A stretch of DNA of 64,000 nt from an uncultured bacterium (GTDB lineage: Bacteria > Oederibacteriota > PGYV01 > CAWJRG01): NCBI GenBank assembly GCA_963845185.1, contig CAWJRG010000005.1:672001-736000 (forward strand). The letters are read 5' to 3'. The notes beneath the pieces are model-generated. The model had not been told where the DNA came from. It did no database searches and saw only the letters and a program-made list of their open reading frames with translations. Below, piece after piece: positions 10,371-19,224 of the stretch. Positions within the stretch are counted from its first letter, which is position 1. Each line of letters opens with the position of its first letter. The translations under genes were made by a program, and so were the position numbers.

Positions 10371-11360
10371 ATGGAGTTAAAAGACTTTGCCGGGCAAGCA
10401 GGAATGAGTTTTTCCGACAGGATCAAAAAGGCAGGCAAATACCCGCTTTTGGCATTCGGTGTCGAGATACTTCAGGTTAATGTCGGCAGGCTGTGCAACC
10501 TTTCATGCAGGCACTGCCACTTGGAAGCCTCGCCAACAAGGACAGAAATAATGCCCTGGAAAATCATGCAAAAATGCCTTGCTATAGCCCAATCCATGGG
10601 CATAGCAACAATTGACATTACAGGCGGGGCTCCGGAAATGAATCCGCATATGGCTTGGTTTATTATTGAATCGGCAAAGCTGAAGAAACGGCTTATAGTC
10701 CGGTCAAACCTTGCTGTTTTGGACGATGTAAAGTATTCTGGTTTTATTAATCTTTATGCGGATAAAAAAGTTGAAATCGTTGCTTCCCTTCCTGATTTTA
10801 CCGGTCAAAAATCCGACACACAAAGGGGAATCGGGACTTTTGATAAAATAATAAAAATCATAAAAAAACTCAATTCTATCGGATACGCCAAACCCGGTTC
10901 AGGGCTCGTGCTTGATGTTGTTCATAACCCTGTGGGGGCATACCTTCCCGGTCCGCAGAAAGCCCTGGAATTTGAATACCGAAGGCACCTGTCAGCTGAA
11001 TACGGTATTGAGTTTAACCGCCTCTTCTGCATTATAAACATGCCTCTCGGCCGCTACCTAGATTACCTTGTCAAGAGCGGAAACTTCGAAGATTACATGT
11101 CTGACCTAGTGAACTCGTTTAACCCTGCCAACATTGACGCTGTCATGTGCAGGAATACCGTGTCAGTTGGATGGGACGGATCGCTTTATGACTGTGATTT
11201 TAACCAGGCGCTTAACATGAAAATCAATCACGGCGCGCCCGACAATATAATGGATTTTGATATGGAAAAACTGAAGAAAAGGCAGATTGTGATTGAGAAC
11301 CACTGCTATGGATGCACGGCCGGCGCAGGTTCATCCTGCCATGGCGCGACGTCAGGATAA
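10371..11360 (+). CDS. arsS: Arsenosugar biosynthesis radical SAM protein ArsS (Cys form)
   Basis: LQVNVGRLCNLSCRHCH, DITGGAPEMNP, VMCR..SVGWDG.LYDCDFNQ, HCYGCTAGAGSSC. Confidence 0.92.
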   Translation: MELKDFAGQAGMSFSDRIKKAGKYPLLAFGVEILQVNVGRLCNLSCRHCHLEASPTRTEIMPWKIMQKCLAIAQSMGIATIDITGGAPEMNPHMAWFIIESAKLKKRLIVRSNLAVLDDVKYSGFINLYADKKVEIVASLPDFTGQKSDTQRGIGTFDKIIKIIKKLNSIGYAKPGSGLVLDVVHNPVGAYLPGPQKALEFEYRRHLSAEYGIEFNRLFCIINMPLGRYLDYLVKSGNFEDYMSDLVNSFNPANIDAVMCRNTVSVGWDGSLYDCDFNQALNMKINHGAPDNIMDFDMEKLKKRQIVIENHCYGCTAGAGSSCHGATSG

Positions 11361-12080
11361 ATGAAAAACATACGGCAACCAGAAATTTCAATAATCGTTC
11401 CTGTATTCAAAGAAGAATCACGCATAAACGAAGTATTATTTGCTTTGAAACAAGCCGGTGGAAATATAAGAAATGAAATTATTGTGTGTGACGGTCACCA
11501 CGATAAAACAACCATCAAAGCTATAAAACAAAAAAATATTGTCAAAGTCCATTCGGCCAAAGGCAGGGCTATACAGATGAATGCCGGGGCCAAAAAAGCC
11601 CTCACTGGGATTTTGGTTTTTGTCCACGCCGACACCATAATGCCGGAAGGCTTCCTTGCTTCAATTAAAACAGCAATAAAATCCGGGTCCAGGGCGGGCT
11701 CGTTTACTTTTGCGCTGGATGCAAAAGGCGCGGCATACAGGTTCATGGAAAAATGGGTTCAAACCAGGGATGCGATAACAAGGGAACCATTCGGCGACAG
11801 GTCCCATTTTTTTGAAAAAAAATATTTCCATTCAATCGGCGGGTATGCGGATATCCCTTTAATGGAAGACATTGAAATAATGAGAAGAATAAAAAGATGT
11901 AAAGGTAATATAGTAATACTGAAGGAAAAAGCAGTAACTTCAGCAAGGAAAATAAGGTCGGAAGGTTTTATTTTCTATGCAGTCAGGAACTGGTTTCTCA
12001 GGCTCCTTTACAATCTTGGAATAAGTCCTTCATTACTTGCAAAAATATATTACAGGAAGGAAGAATCCGGCAATGCCTGA
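11361..12080 (+). CDS. GT2 glycosyltransferase, TIGR04283 family (arsenosugar-associated)
   Basis: ISIIVP, KGRAIQMNAGA, FVHADT, PFGD, IPLMED, TSAR. Confidence 0.88.
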   Translation: MKNIRQPEISIIVPVFKEESRINEVLFALKQAGGNIRNEIIVCDGHHDKTTIKAIKQKNIVKVHSAKGRAIQMNAGAKKALTGILVFVHADTIMPEGFLASIKTAIKSGSRAGSFTFALDAKGAAYRFMEKWVQTRDAITREPFGDRSHFFEKKYFHSIGGYADIPLMEDIEIMRRIKRCKGNIVILKEKAVTSARKIRSEGFIFYAVRNWFLRLLYNLGISPSLLAKIYYRKEESGNA

Positions 12081-12678
12081 AAACGGCAAATGTATTGCAA
12101 TATTCGTCAAATACCCTCAAAAAGGAAAAGTCAAGACCAGGCTGGCAGCCTCCATAGGCCATGATTCCGCATTAAAAATCTATAAAAAAATGGCAATTCG
12201 TGTTGTAAGCCAGGCATTAAAAAGCAAGGCAGACGTTTTTATATTTTTTTGTCCGCCGGGCAAGGAACATTTGATGAGGCAATGGCTCGGAAAGCAGTGC
12301 ACGTATCTTCCGCAGCGCGGCAAAGGGCTTGGCGCAAAAATGAAAAATTGTTTTAAGGATATTTTTGAGGCCGGGTATGATAAAGCAGTTCTTGCCGGCA
12401 GCGATATTCCATGCCTTGGTGCAAATATAATAAATAAATCTTTAGCTAAGTTAAAAACCAACAAGGCTGTCATAGGCCCGGCAAAAGACGGCGGGTATTA
12501 TTTGATAGGATTTTCAAAACATGGTTTTTGCCCGGCAATTTTCAGCGGTATGAAATGGAGCTCGAATGGTGTATTTAAGGCTACAATGAAAGTCTTTAAA
12601 AAAAATAAGATCAAAACCGCAATATTACCTATACTGAGCGATGTTGACACACTGGAAGGTCTTCAACAACAGCTATAA
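12073..12678 (+). CDS. TIGR04282/DUF2064 family glycosyltransferase-like protein (arsenosugar-associated)
   Basis: GKVKTRLA, QRGKGLGAKM, GSDIP, GPAKDGGYYLIG, LSDVDT; overlaps the upstream stop. Confidence 0.88.
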   Translation: MPENGKCIAIFVKYPQKGKVKTRLAASIGHDSALKIYKKMAIRVVSQALKSKADVFIFFCPPGKEHLMRQWLGKQCTYLPQRGKGLGAKMKNCFKDIFEAGYDKAVLAGSDIPCLGANIINKSLAKLKTNKAVIGPAKDGGYYLIGFSKHGFCPAIFSGMKWSSNGVFKATMKVFKKNKIKTAILPILSDVDTLEGLQQQL

Positions 12679-12696
12679 ATTGTGGTATTAATATTT

Positions 12697-13434
12697 TTAA
12701 TGCGGCTCAGCCATTAGTTTCATGAATTTAAGTATCCGTTTTGCATTTGTACCCAAATCACCCTTACCTACCCTGGAAACCGAACGCATGTCCACCATGC
12801 TTCCTGTTTTTACCGTTGTGATGCGTATTACTATGTCATCTGTGAACCCGAACCAGAAAGTCGTAGCTGTCGCTTCTATGCGGCCTTCGGCTTTATTTGA
12901 ATCTGCAATTTTCCAGCCCATCTTTATCCCTGTTGCCATAGCCCTATCAAATGCTTCGTCCGCGGAAATTTCCGTAACAATAGTTTTAATTTTCGGAAAC
13001 GCTTTAAGCTGCTTTGCTGCGGCATCAGGCCCTGGATAAACAGACCCTACAGGTGCATTCTTTCTAAGCGGCATTATTGCGACAAATTTCGGTGGATTAT
13101 TTGTATCTGTTGTTATATCGTTGATGAGCGGTATGTTTCTGGCGTTAATAATTGTAAAAACCAAACTGCCAGATATAAAAAGCCCTATAATAATGCCGGC
13201 GATAATAAGCAAACCCGAACCGTTAAAGCCTGATTTAATGGCATTATTAAGGTCAAAACAGCAGATTATTGCCGCTATCAAGCCTAGCAATGCCGAAAGC
13301 AGCAGGATAATAAATCCAATCATGAAATTCCACAACCCCCATTTGCTTCCCAGTCCGGACATGAGCATTGCAACTCCGGAAAGAATTGCAAGCCAGAATC
13401 CTGTAGATATTGACATTCCTGAATTTGCGCTCAT
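12697..13434 (-). CDS. DUF1499 domain membrane protein
   Basis: INDITTD..NPP, GRIEATATTFWFGFTDDIVIR, VDMRSVSRVGKGDLGTNAKRI. Confidence 0.88.
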   Translation of the reverse strand: MSANSGMSISTGFWLAILSGVAMLMSGLGSKWGLWNFMIGFIILLLSALLGLIAAIICCFDLNNAIKSGFNGSGLLIIAGIIIGLFISGSLVFTIINARNIPLINDITTDTNNPPKFVAIMPLRKNAPVGSVYPGPDAAAKQLKAFPKIKTIVTEISADEAFDRAMATGIKMGWKIADSNKAEGRIEATATTFWFGFTDDIVIRITTVKTGSMVDMRSVSRVGKGDLGTNAKRILKFMKLMAEPH

Positions 13435-13717
13435 AAATTCCTCCTTTGATAAATATCTTTTAGCTTTTATTTGATAAAATTATAATATTAAATACCAATA
13501 GCAACAATATTAGTTTTCCGCTTTTTATTGATTTATTTCGGAATATTAATATTATGCCTGGCCAAAAAATTTTACAATATTTTTATATGTATAACTTTAT
13601 TAAGCGTAAAAAAAGTCAAATAAAAGCAGAATTCATATCTTTGCTTTATAAACCCTGTCATATATAATTAAAAAAATGAAAAATTAGTTATGATTTTACT
13701 GAAAGGAGGTGACGTTG

Positions 13718-14113
13718 ATGAAAAAAACAATTATATTGATAACATCATTGTTCTTATTTGCTGGTTTTGTTTTAGCTGCTGACCAGGCAGCACCTGCAGC
13801 AAGTGCAAAAGCCATGACATATGCTGGTACCATAATAGACAATCAGTGCGCAAACAGCAATAAGACAAATCTTGGGGAATTCATAAAGACGCACACAAAG
13901 GCATGCGCTTTGATGCCAAACTGCATAGCAAGCGGTTACTCGCTTTACATGCCGGATGGCACGCTGAAGCCTTTTGACAAAGTAAGTAACGCAAAGATAG
14001 AAAAATTCCTGAAGAAGAAAAGCAGCAAGCTTACAGTGGACATTACCGCAAAAGAATCAGGCGGCCAGCTTTCGCTTGTTTCAATCAAAAATCAATCTGT
14101 GAAAAAGAAATAG
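13718..14113 (+). CDS. Hypothetical exported protein with conserved-looking Cys/His (DNQC...HTKAC...C...GY)
   Basis: GAAAGGAGG RBS before ATG 13718; signal peptide; terminator downstream. Confidence 0.75.
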   Translation: MKKTIILITSLFLFAGFVLAADQAAPAASAKAMTYAGTIIDNQCANSNKTNLGEFIKTHTKACALMPNCIASGYSLYMPDGTLKPFDKVSNAKIEKFLKKKSSKLTVDITAKESGGQLSLVSIKNQSVKKK

Positions 14114-14121
14114 ATATAAAT

Positions 14122-14159
14122 AAAAAAGTAACCGGGTTTTTAGCCCGGTTACTTTTTTT
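14122..14159. terminator. Bidirectional intrinsic terminator
   Basis: A6-GTAACCGGG-loop-CCCGGTTAC-T7 between convergent genes. Confidence 0.85.
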
Positions 14160-14186
14160 ATTTAAAAATCTTCAACCTGCTGATTT

Positions 14187-14867
14187 TTAGAAATAATACC
14201 TCAACACAAGGCCGCTAAGCGTAGTACCATTCAGGACGATCGTGGAATTGGTGCCAAAGAAACAAGTATGCTTTCCGACTATCTCGTAATCGACATATGT
14301 CTGGGTATAGTTCTCCTCGTAATTTTCCGAAACATTAAAGGCTACATTTCCGCCAATGCTTATATCGCCCGGCAGGAAAGAAATCAGGTGCCCAATGAAA
14401 TATTCAACTTCAAGCTTAAATACCATGCCTGCGGTAATTGTATAGCTTGAATCTTTCAGGCTTACGCTTTCATTTTGTTTTGACAGCACATTATAATCAG
14501 TGGTGTTTGTTTCTGAAAGCGTCTTGGCATATCCCCCTGTTATTTCAGGGATGAAATTAACGTGTAACCCACCGATTATTTTTACCGGCATTACAAGCCC
14601 GTATCCCGTGGATATGGAGTCGTTCATGACATCGCCGGAATTTGCGGAAGTATAATTGACCGCAAGCGGTATTTCGTATCCCGACCAGTTCTTTGAGACA
14701 AACCTGAAGAGCACTCCGTTGCTTATGCCGATGCTGTATAGCCCGTTTTGGGACATATCATCAACCACCGGGGTTGCTGTTGCCTGCGGTTGTTCGGCCT
14801 TTTTTTCCGCTGCGTAAGCGTATGAAATTGCAAATAACAAAAGAAAAATCACAAATAATTTTTTCAT
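14187..14867 (-). CDS. Putative outer-membrane beta-barrel protein (copy 1)
   Basis: Signal peptide, alternating beta-strand pattern, C-terminal LRYYF; GGGAGG RBS. Confidence 0.7.
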   Translation of the reverse strand: MKKLFVIFLLLFAISYAYAAEKKAEQPQATATPVVDDMSQNGLYSIGISNGVLFRFVSKNWSGYEIPLAVNYTSANSGDVMNDSISTGYGLVMPVKIIGGLHVNFIPEITGGYAKTLSETNTTDYNVLSKQNESVSLKDSSYTITAGMVFKLEVEYFIGHLISFLPGDISIGGNVAFNVSENYEENYTQTYVDYEIVGKHTCFFGTNSTIVLNGTTLSGLVLRYYF

Positions 14868-15020
14868 TTAAATCCTCCCGATTATATTTTTTTTGAAATA
14901 AAGCAAGGTTTTCTGGCAGCGTAACCTCCTCTCTTTCCTGATTTTTTATACAGGTTCAGGACTTATGGTAGGCCTGTTTTGCTGAAAATGTACAGCGGAT
15001 TATGGCTAAACCCCCGGAAA

Positions 15021-16877
15021 TTACGCCTTGTCCTTGTCCTTGCCCTTTGCTTTTGTTTCCTTGCTGGACATGGTGTAAAGCACATACCTTATTTCTATTT
15101 CTTCCTCGTGTTTTCTGCCCGCGTCTATTATTTCCACCGTGCCGGAACTGTTCCTTACAAGATTATCCATATATTCTTTTGTATTGCCGATGTTGTTCTT
15201 ATATGAAATTTCATCCAATATTATTTGGTTCTTTTCTGATTTTGCTCCGCTCAAAAGCCGCGAAGCCCTTATAATGCCGTTGCCGTAAATATTCACGCTC
15301 TTATGACCGTCTATATTAACATCCTTAAGCAGGTCGTCTCCTTCGCTTATAGCTATTTTTATCGCAAACCGGTATTTCGAGCACTCTTCCACGCAACCTA
15401 TCGCAAAATTCATGTGGCAGTACGGATCCTGCTTTTCGCCGATAAAACATACTATGGCTCCGTCGCCCATAAGTATGAGCAGGTAATTGGTGAAATGTTT
15501 TAGCTGTGAGTCAAGAAGGTCGTTAAACTGTTTTGCCCATAATTTCTGGGTGTTATTATCCGCTTTTGTGAAACCCCTGATGTCAAGCGATACACACCTG
15601 TTTTTTATATATACCTCCCTGTCCACGAGAGTCAGGCGGGGATGAATCATATTTGGTATTTTATTTCTTATTTTTGTAAGCAGCACCATGAGAATAATAA
15701 CAAATATAAAAAGCAGCCCCGTAACAATTGCCAGCGCCTTTATTATGATGTCTTTTGAAATATTAAACGCAGGACTTGCCGGTTTCTTTTGTTCAGCTAT
15801 TGCAGTCGGCTGTGCAGCCGGTATTGCTGTTTTTGCCGGTTCCTCCTGCCCTTTTTTCTCCCTTGCCTGTTTTATCATTTTGTTTCTTGATTTTGCCGTT
15901 TCTGCTGCAGCCGGCGAACCGCCATTGAGGCTCCATAGCCTCACAGTCCCGTCCTTGCCGCCGCTTGCAAAATCATAGCTTACGTCGGAAAACGCAACCG
16001 CATTTACATCTCCCTTATGCCCTTCATACCTTTTATATATTTTCCCATCGTCCGCATCCCATACTATAACTTCCCCGTACTTTCCGCAGGTTACAATGTA
16101 CTTTCCGTCGTTTGAAAAATCGATTGATTTTATCGCGCCCTTGTGGCCGTATAAAATCCTAATGGTATTTGTGCTTAATGCATCCCATATCCTGGCTGTG
16201 CCGTCGTCGGATGCCGTGGCTATCAGCTTGCCGTCCGGGGAAAATGCCACGTAATTGACCGCTGCCGAATGCCCCGCAAAAGTCTTTTCTTTTTTACCGG
16301 CAGAAACGGGAAAAAACTTTACCTTGCTGTCACTCCTCGCCACAGCTACGTACCCGCCGTCCGGCGAGTAATTCACGCACAAAACCTTCATATCGTTTGT
16401 CCAGAATAAATTCTGGATAAGTTTTGAATCCTTTACCTGCCATATATTGATGTTTTTATCGTCCCCTGCCGAGCATATGTATTCGCTGTCCGGAGAAAAA
16501 GCAACTGATAAAACCGGTGCTTTATGGTTTTCCAGAGATGTCAGCAGTTGAAAACTTCCATTCTCCGCGTCCCATATCCTGACCGCTTTATCGTCGCCCG
16601 CAGACGCCAGGTACCGGCCGTCCGGAGAAAAAGCAATTGTACGGATTGCGCCGTTACCGGCTTTTATTATATGCCTGATTTTTTTGCCGTATATATCCCA
16701 TATTTTGACGGTTTTATCGTCACTGCATGAGGCAATATATTTTCCATCCGGTGAAAACCCCACGCATCGCACAGCGCTGCTGTGCTCAAAAACGCTGATA
16801 ATCCCAGCGCGCAGGAATCCAGCCAAAAAAATAAAAACCGCAGTCTGGAACAATAAAAAAAATTTTTTAGCTTTCAT
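15021..16877 (-). CDS. Signal peptide + 7 WD40 repeats + TM helix + class III adenylate/guanylate cyclase-like domain
   Basis: Seven GH...FSPDG...W(D) repeats; TM ALAIVTGLLFIFVIILMVLL; SLDIRGFTK, MGDGAIVCF, IKIAISEG, NIYGNGIIRASRL. Confidence 0.85.
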   Translation of the reverse strand: MKAKKFFLLFQTAVFIFLAGFLRAGIISVFEHSSAVRCVGFSPDGKYIASCSDDKTVKIWDIYGKKIRHIIKAGNGAIRTIAFSPDGRYLASAGDDKAVRIWDAENGSFQLLTSLENHKAPVLSVAFSPDSEYICSAGDDKNINIWQVKDSKLIQNLFWTNDMKVLCVNYSPDGGYVAVARSDSKVKFFPVSAGKKEKTFAGHSAAVNYVAFSPDGKLIATASDDGTARIWDALSTNTIRILYGHKGAIKSIDFSNDGKYIVTCGKYGEVIVWDADDGKIYKRYEGHKGDVNAVAFSDVSYDFASGGKDGTVRLWSLNGGSPAAAETAKSRNKMIKQAREKKGQEEPAKTAIPAAQPTAIAEQKKPASPAFNISKDIIIKALAIVTGLLFIFVIILMVLLTKIRNKIPNMIHPRLTLVDREVYIKNRCVSLDIRGFTKADNNTQKLWAKQFNDLLDSQLKHFTNYLLILMGDGAIVCFIGEKQDPYCHMNFAIGCVEECSKYRFAIKIAISEGDDLLKDVNIDGHKSVNIYGNGIIRASRLLSGAKSEKNQIILDEISYKNNIGNTKEYMDNLVRNSSGTVEIIDAGRKHEEEIEIRYVLYTMSSKETKAKGKDKDKA

Positions 16878-17069
16878 TTAATTGCACTTCCGTCCTTATG
16901 AGTAAATTGATTTTTATATATTTTATCAATACAGGGATTTAATGTAAAGCGATTTTTAACCATCCCGTGCCCCTGTTTGAATCCGAAAAATTAAGGACAA
17001 AATAGGGTGCGGTAGAAAACCGCGCCCTTAAGCTAAAAATCTGATTGGATAAAAAATTCCTGCGGATTT

Positions 17070-17733
17070 TTAGAAATAATATCTTATTGCAAGCCCGCTG
17101 AGAGTAGCTCCATTCAGGGCCAGCGTGGCATTGGTTCCAAAAAGGCATGTGTGTTTTCCGACAACTTCATACTCAAGATATGACTGGGTATAGCTTTCCC
17201 CATAATTCTCTGTAACGTTAAGTGCCACATTCCCGCCTATGCTGATATTCTCCCGGCAGGAAAGAAACCACGTGCCCGATAAGATATTCAACTTCAAGCT
17301 TAAATACCGCGCCCGCAGTAATAGTATAGCTTGAATTCTTCAGGTTTACGGTTTCATTTGCCTTTGTGGCAGTATTGTACTCGGCATTATTCGTTTCTGA
17401 AAATGTCCTGGCGTAACCGCCTGTTATCCCGGGAATAAAATTGACATGAAGCCCGCCTACTATTTTCACCGGCATTACAAGCCCAAAACCCGTGGACACG
17501 GAGTCATTCATGACATCGCCTGAATTTGCCGAACTATAATTGATTGACAGCGGTATTTCGTATCCTGACCAGTTCTTTGAGACAAACCTGAAGATTGGCC
17601 CGTTGCTTATGCCGATGCTGTACAGCCCATTTTGGGACATATAATCAAGCTGCTCCTGGTCGCTCACATCAATGCCGGCAAACGCGTAAGACGCCAAAAA
17701 TAGTACTGCAATTACCACTAAAATTCTTTTCAT
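17070..17733 (-). pseudogene. Putative outer-membrane beta-barrel protein (copy 2), split by a +1 frameshift that is probably a sequencing error
   Basis: ORFs 17218-17733 and 17070-17297 match the N- and C-parts of 14187-14867; extra A in GAGAATATC at 17244-17252. Confidence 0.8.
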
Positions 17734-17794
17734 ACAAAACCCTCCTTAATTTTTATATTTTGCACAGTGTGCATAATTTTATGCCGGCAAATTT

Positions 17795-18094
17795 TCATGG
17801 CACCATTTCCAGGTCTCTGCCAAAATGCCTCCTGTTAACCCATCCGGTATTGCCGTTGCGCATTTCGATTAAAACCGCGTTGGGCCTTACCCTTAGAATT
17901 TTTACTTTGGTGCCCGGGTGCAGTACCGCAATGCTTTCTCCTGCAAGCCCGTCCATGCTCCAGACTTTGATTACATCGACATTGCCGTAGGTATTTACAA
18001 TTGCCCATCTTGCAGGCTTCTTTACCACTACCATGCAGGAAGCAAATACAAGCAGCGCGAAAAACAAGAGCGCAAAAGTCATAATTTTCTTCAT
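17795..18094 (-). CDS. Lipoprotein with SH3b-like domain
   Basis: AGGAGG RBS, MKKIMTF...FASC lipobox, IAVLHPGTKVKIL...GNTGWV. Confidence 0.75.
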   Translation of the reverse strand: MKKIMTFALLFFALLVFASCMVVVKKPARWAIVNTYGNVDVIKVWSMDGLAGESIAVLHPGTKVKILRVRPNAVLIEMRNGNTGWVNRRHFGRDLEMVP

Positions 18095-18119
18095 TTTTTC
18101 CTCCTTTCTGTAATTGTAT

Positions 18120-18245
18120 TGTGGAACCCCGCCGACAGTAGTCGGCGGCTCCTTAAAAACCACCGGAGGTTATAAAGAGTTCCCTCCGGAAAGGTATAAT
18201 TCATCCCCCAACTCCGGTTGGGGGATTTCTTTCTGGATTAGCTTA
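18120..18245 (-). promoter_or_regulatory. Three-hairpin 5' leader, candidate cis-regulatory RNA
   Basis: Hairpins at 18203-18226, 18163-18189 and 18129-18148 directly upstream of the SH3 lipoprotein RBS. Confidence 0.4.
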
Positions 18246-18424
18246 TATGACGGTAAAAAACAACGGTTCGTTTACACAATACTTTTTTTATCGTGTTTCA
18301 AAATACGCCTGCCGTCGAGGCTGCAAAATATGTCGGAGTTTTATAGTTTATTCAGAAGTTAAAACAATAGAGCCCAAAGCAGGAATTTGCTTTAGGCCCT
18401 GTTGTTTTTATTTTCAAACCTGTT

Positions 18425-18517
18425 TTAACGGCAAATACACTTTGTTACTGGTTTTCCGCATCCGGAACAAATCTTTGCTTTCTTTGGGGTTTTCTTTATT
18501 CTTTTTTTAGTCGCCAT
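18425..18517 (-). CDS. 30-aa basic Cys-rich microprotein MATKKRIKKTPKKAKICSGCGKPVTKCICR
   Basis: Read manually; GAGGAGG RBS upstream; CxxC...CxC. Confidence 0.7.
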   Translation of the reverse strand: MATKKRIKKTPKKAKICSGCGKPVTKCICR

Positions 18518-18582
18518 ACTTAACCTCCTCTCATAGTATTTTGTCAAGGCCGCTCTATTTTTGACGATTTTTCCCACAGCTT

Positions 18583-19224
18583 TTACCGTATTGTATGCTG
18601 TACCTCTGTCTTCCCGGCAACCATTCTGTAAAGGCTCCAGCCCTTCATGTCTTCAAATTTTTCTCCAACCTCGATCGTCCCGAATACCATTGTTGGCACG
18701 TCCATTATGTCCCTCACTCTTTTGTTTTTTTCCATTGTCACCATGACCCATTCGTTCAGCTTCGGCGCAATGCCGAAACAGCACGTCATCTGGCTGCGGA
18801 CAATGACAAATTGCGTTGAGTATTCGCCGGTTGCGTCTGTTTCCATTGGTATCAGGTAGCCTATTATGGCCGCCTTTGTGCCGTTAAGCGCCGTAATAAA
18901 TTTAGGTATCGGCCTTTTCTTTTTCCTTAGCCTGACTTTTTCCGAATTTTGTTCGGCGAGGGTGGGTATGTCATACGCGTACCCTGCAAGGGTTTCCCAA
19001 GTGACAAGCGGGTATCCTTCCATGGTCGGGTACGCGGTCACGGGGTTCGGCATTGACTCGACCTTTGCGTCGGTTGTCGTTTCTGTGACGGACGCAGGCC
19101 TTTCAGGTGTGATTGCCGCCGCGCTTGTCTGCATTTCCATTACTGGAACGCCGGACAAAAAAAGCAACACGACAGCCGCCAGTGCCGCATACCTCAATAA
19201 ATGTCCTGCATATTTAAAATTCAT
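18583..19224 (-). CDS. DUF3299 family protein (ZrgD-like)
   Basis: LNG....IGYLIP, CCFGIAPKLNEWVMV, GTIEVG, SLYRM. Confidence 0.85.
   Translation of the reverse strand: MNFKYAGHLLRYAALAAVVLLFLSGVPVMEMQTSAAAITPERPASVTETTTDAKVESMPNPVTAYPTMEGYPLVTWETLAGYAYDIPTLAEQNSEKVRLRKKKRPIPKFITALNGTKAAIIGYLIPMETDATGEYSTQFVIVRSQMTCCFGIAPKLNEWVMVTMEKNKRVRDIMDVPTMVFGTIEVGEKFEDMKGWSLYRMVAGKTEVQHTIR

Noticed and set aside
11300..11380. Selenocysteine readthrough in ArsS
   Set aside because: The position that is Sec in some homologues (GSSU) is TGC Cys here, and the ORF ends in TAA
14960..15020. Fluoride riboswitch-like words (CCATAATCCGC...GCCTACC) on the minus strand
   Set aside because: Lacks the conserved 5' GGCGATGG/GATGG element, and the downstream gene is unrelated
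17770..17790. Sigma-54 promoter upstream of OMP copy 2 (CGGCATAAAATTATGCA)
   Set aside because: GG-to-GC spacing is 11 nt rather than the required 10; viable only if a homopolymer length is wrong
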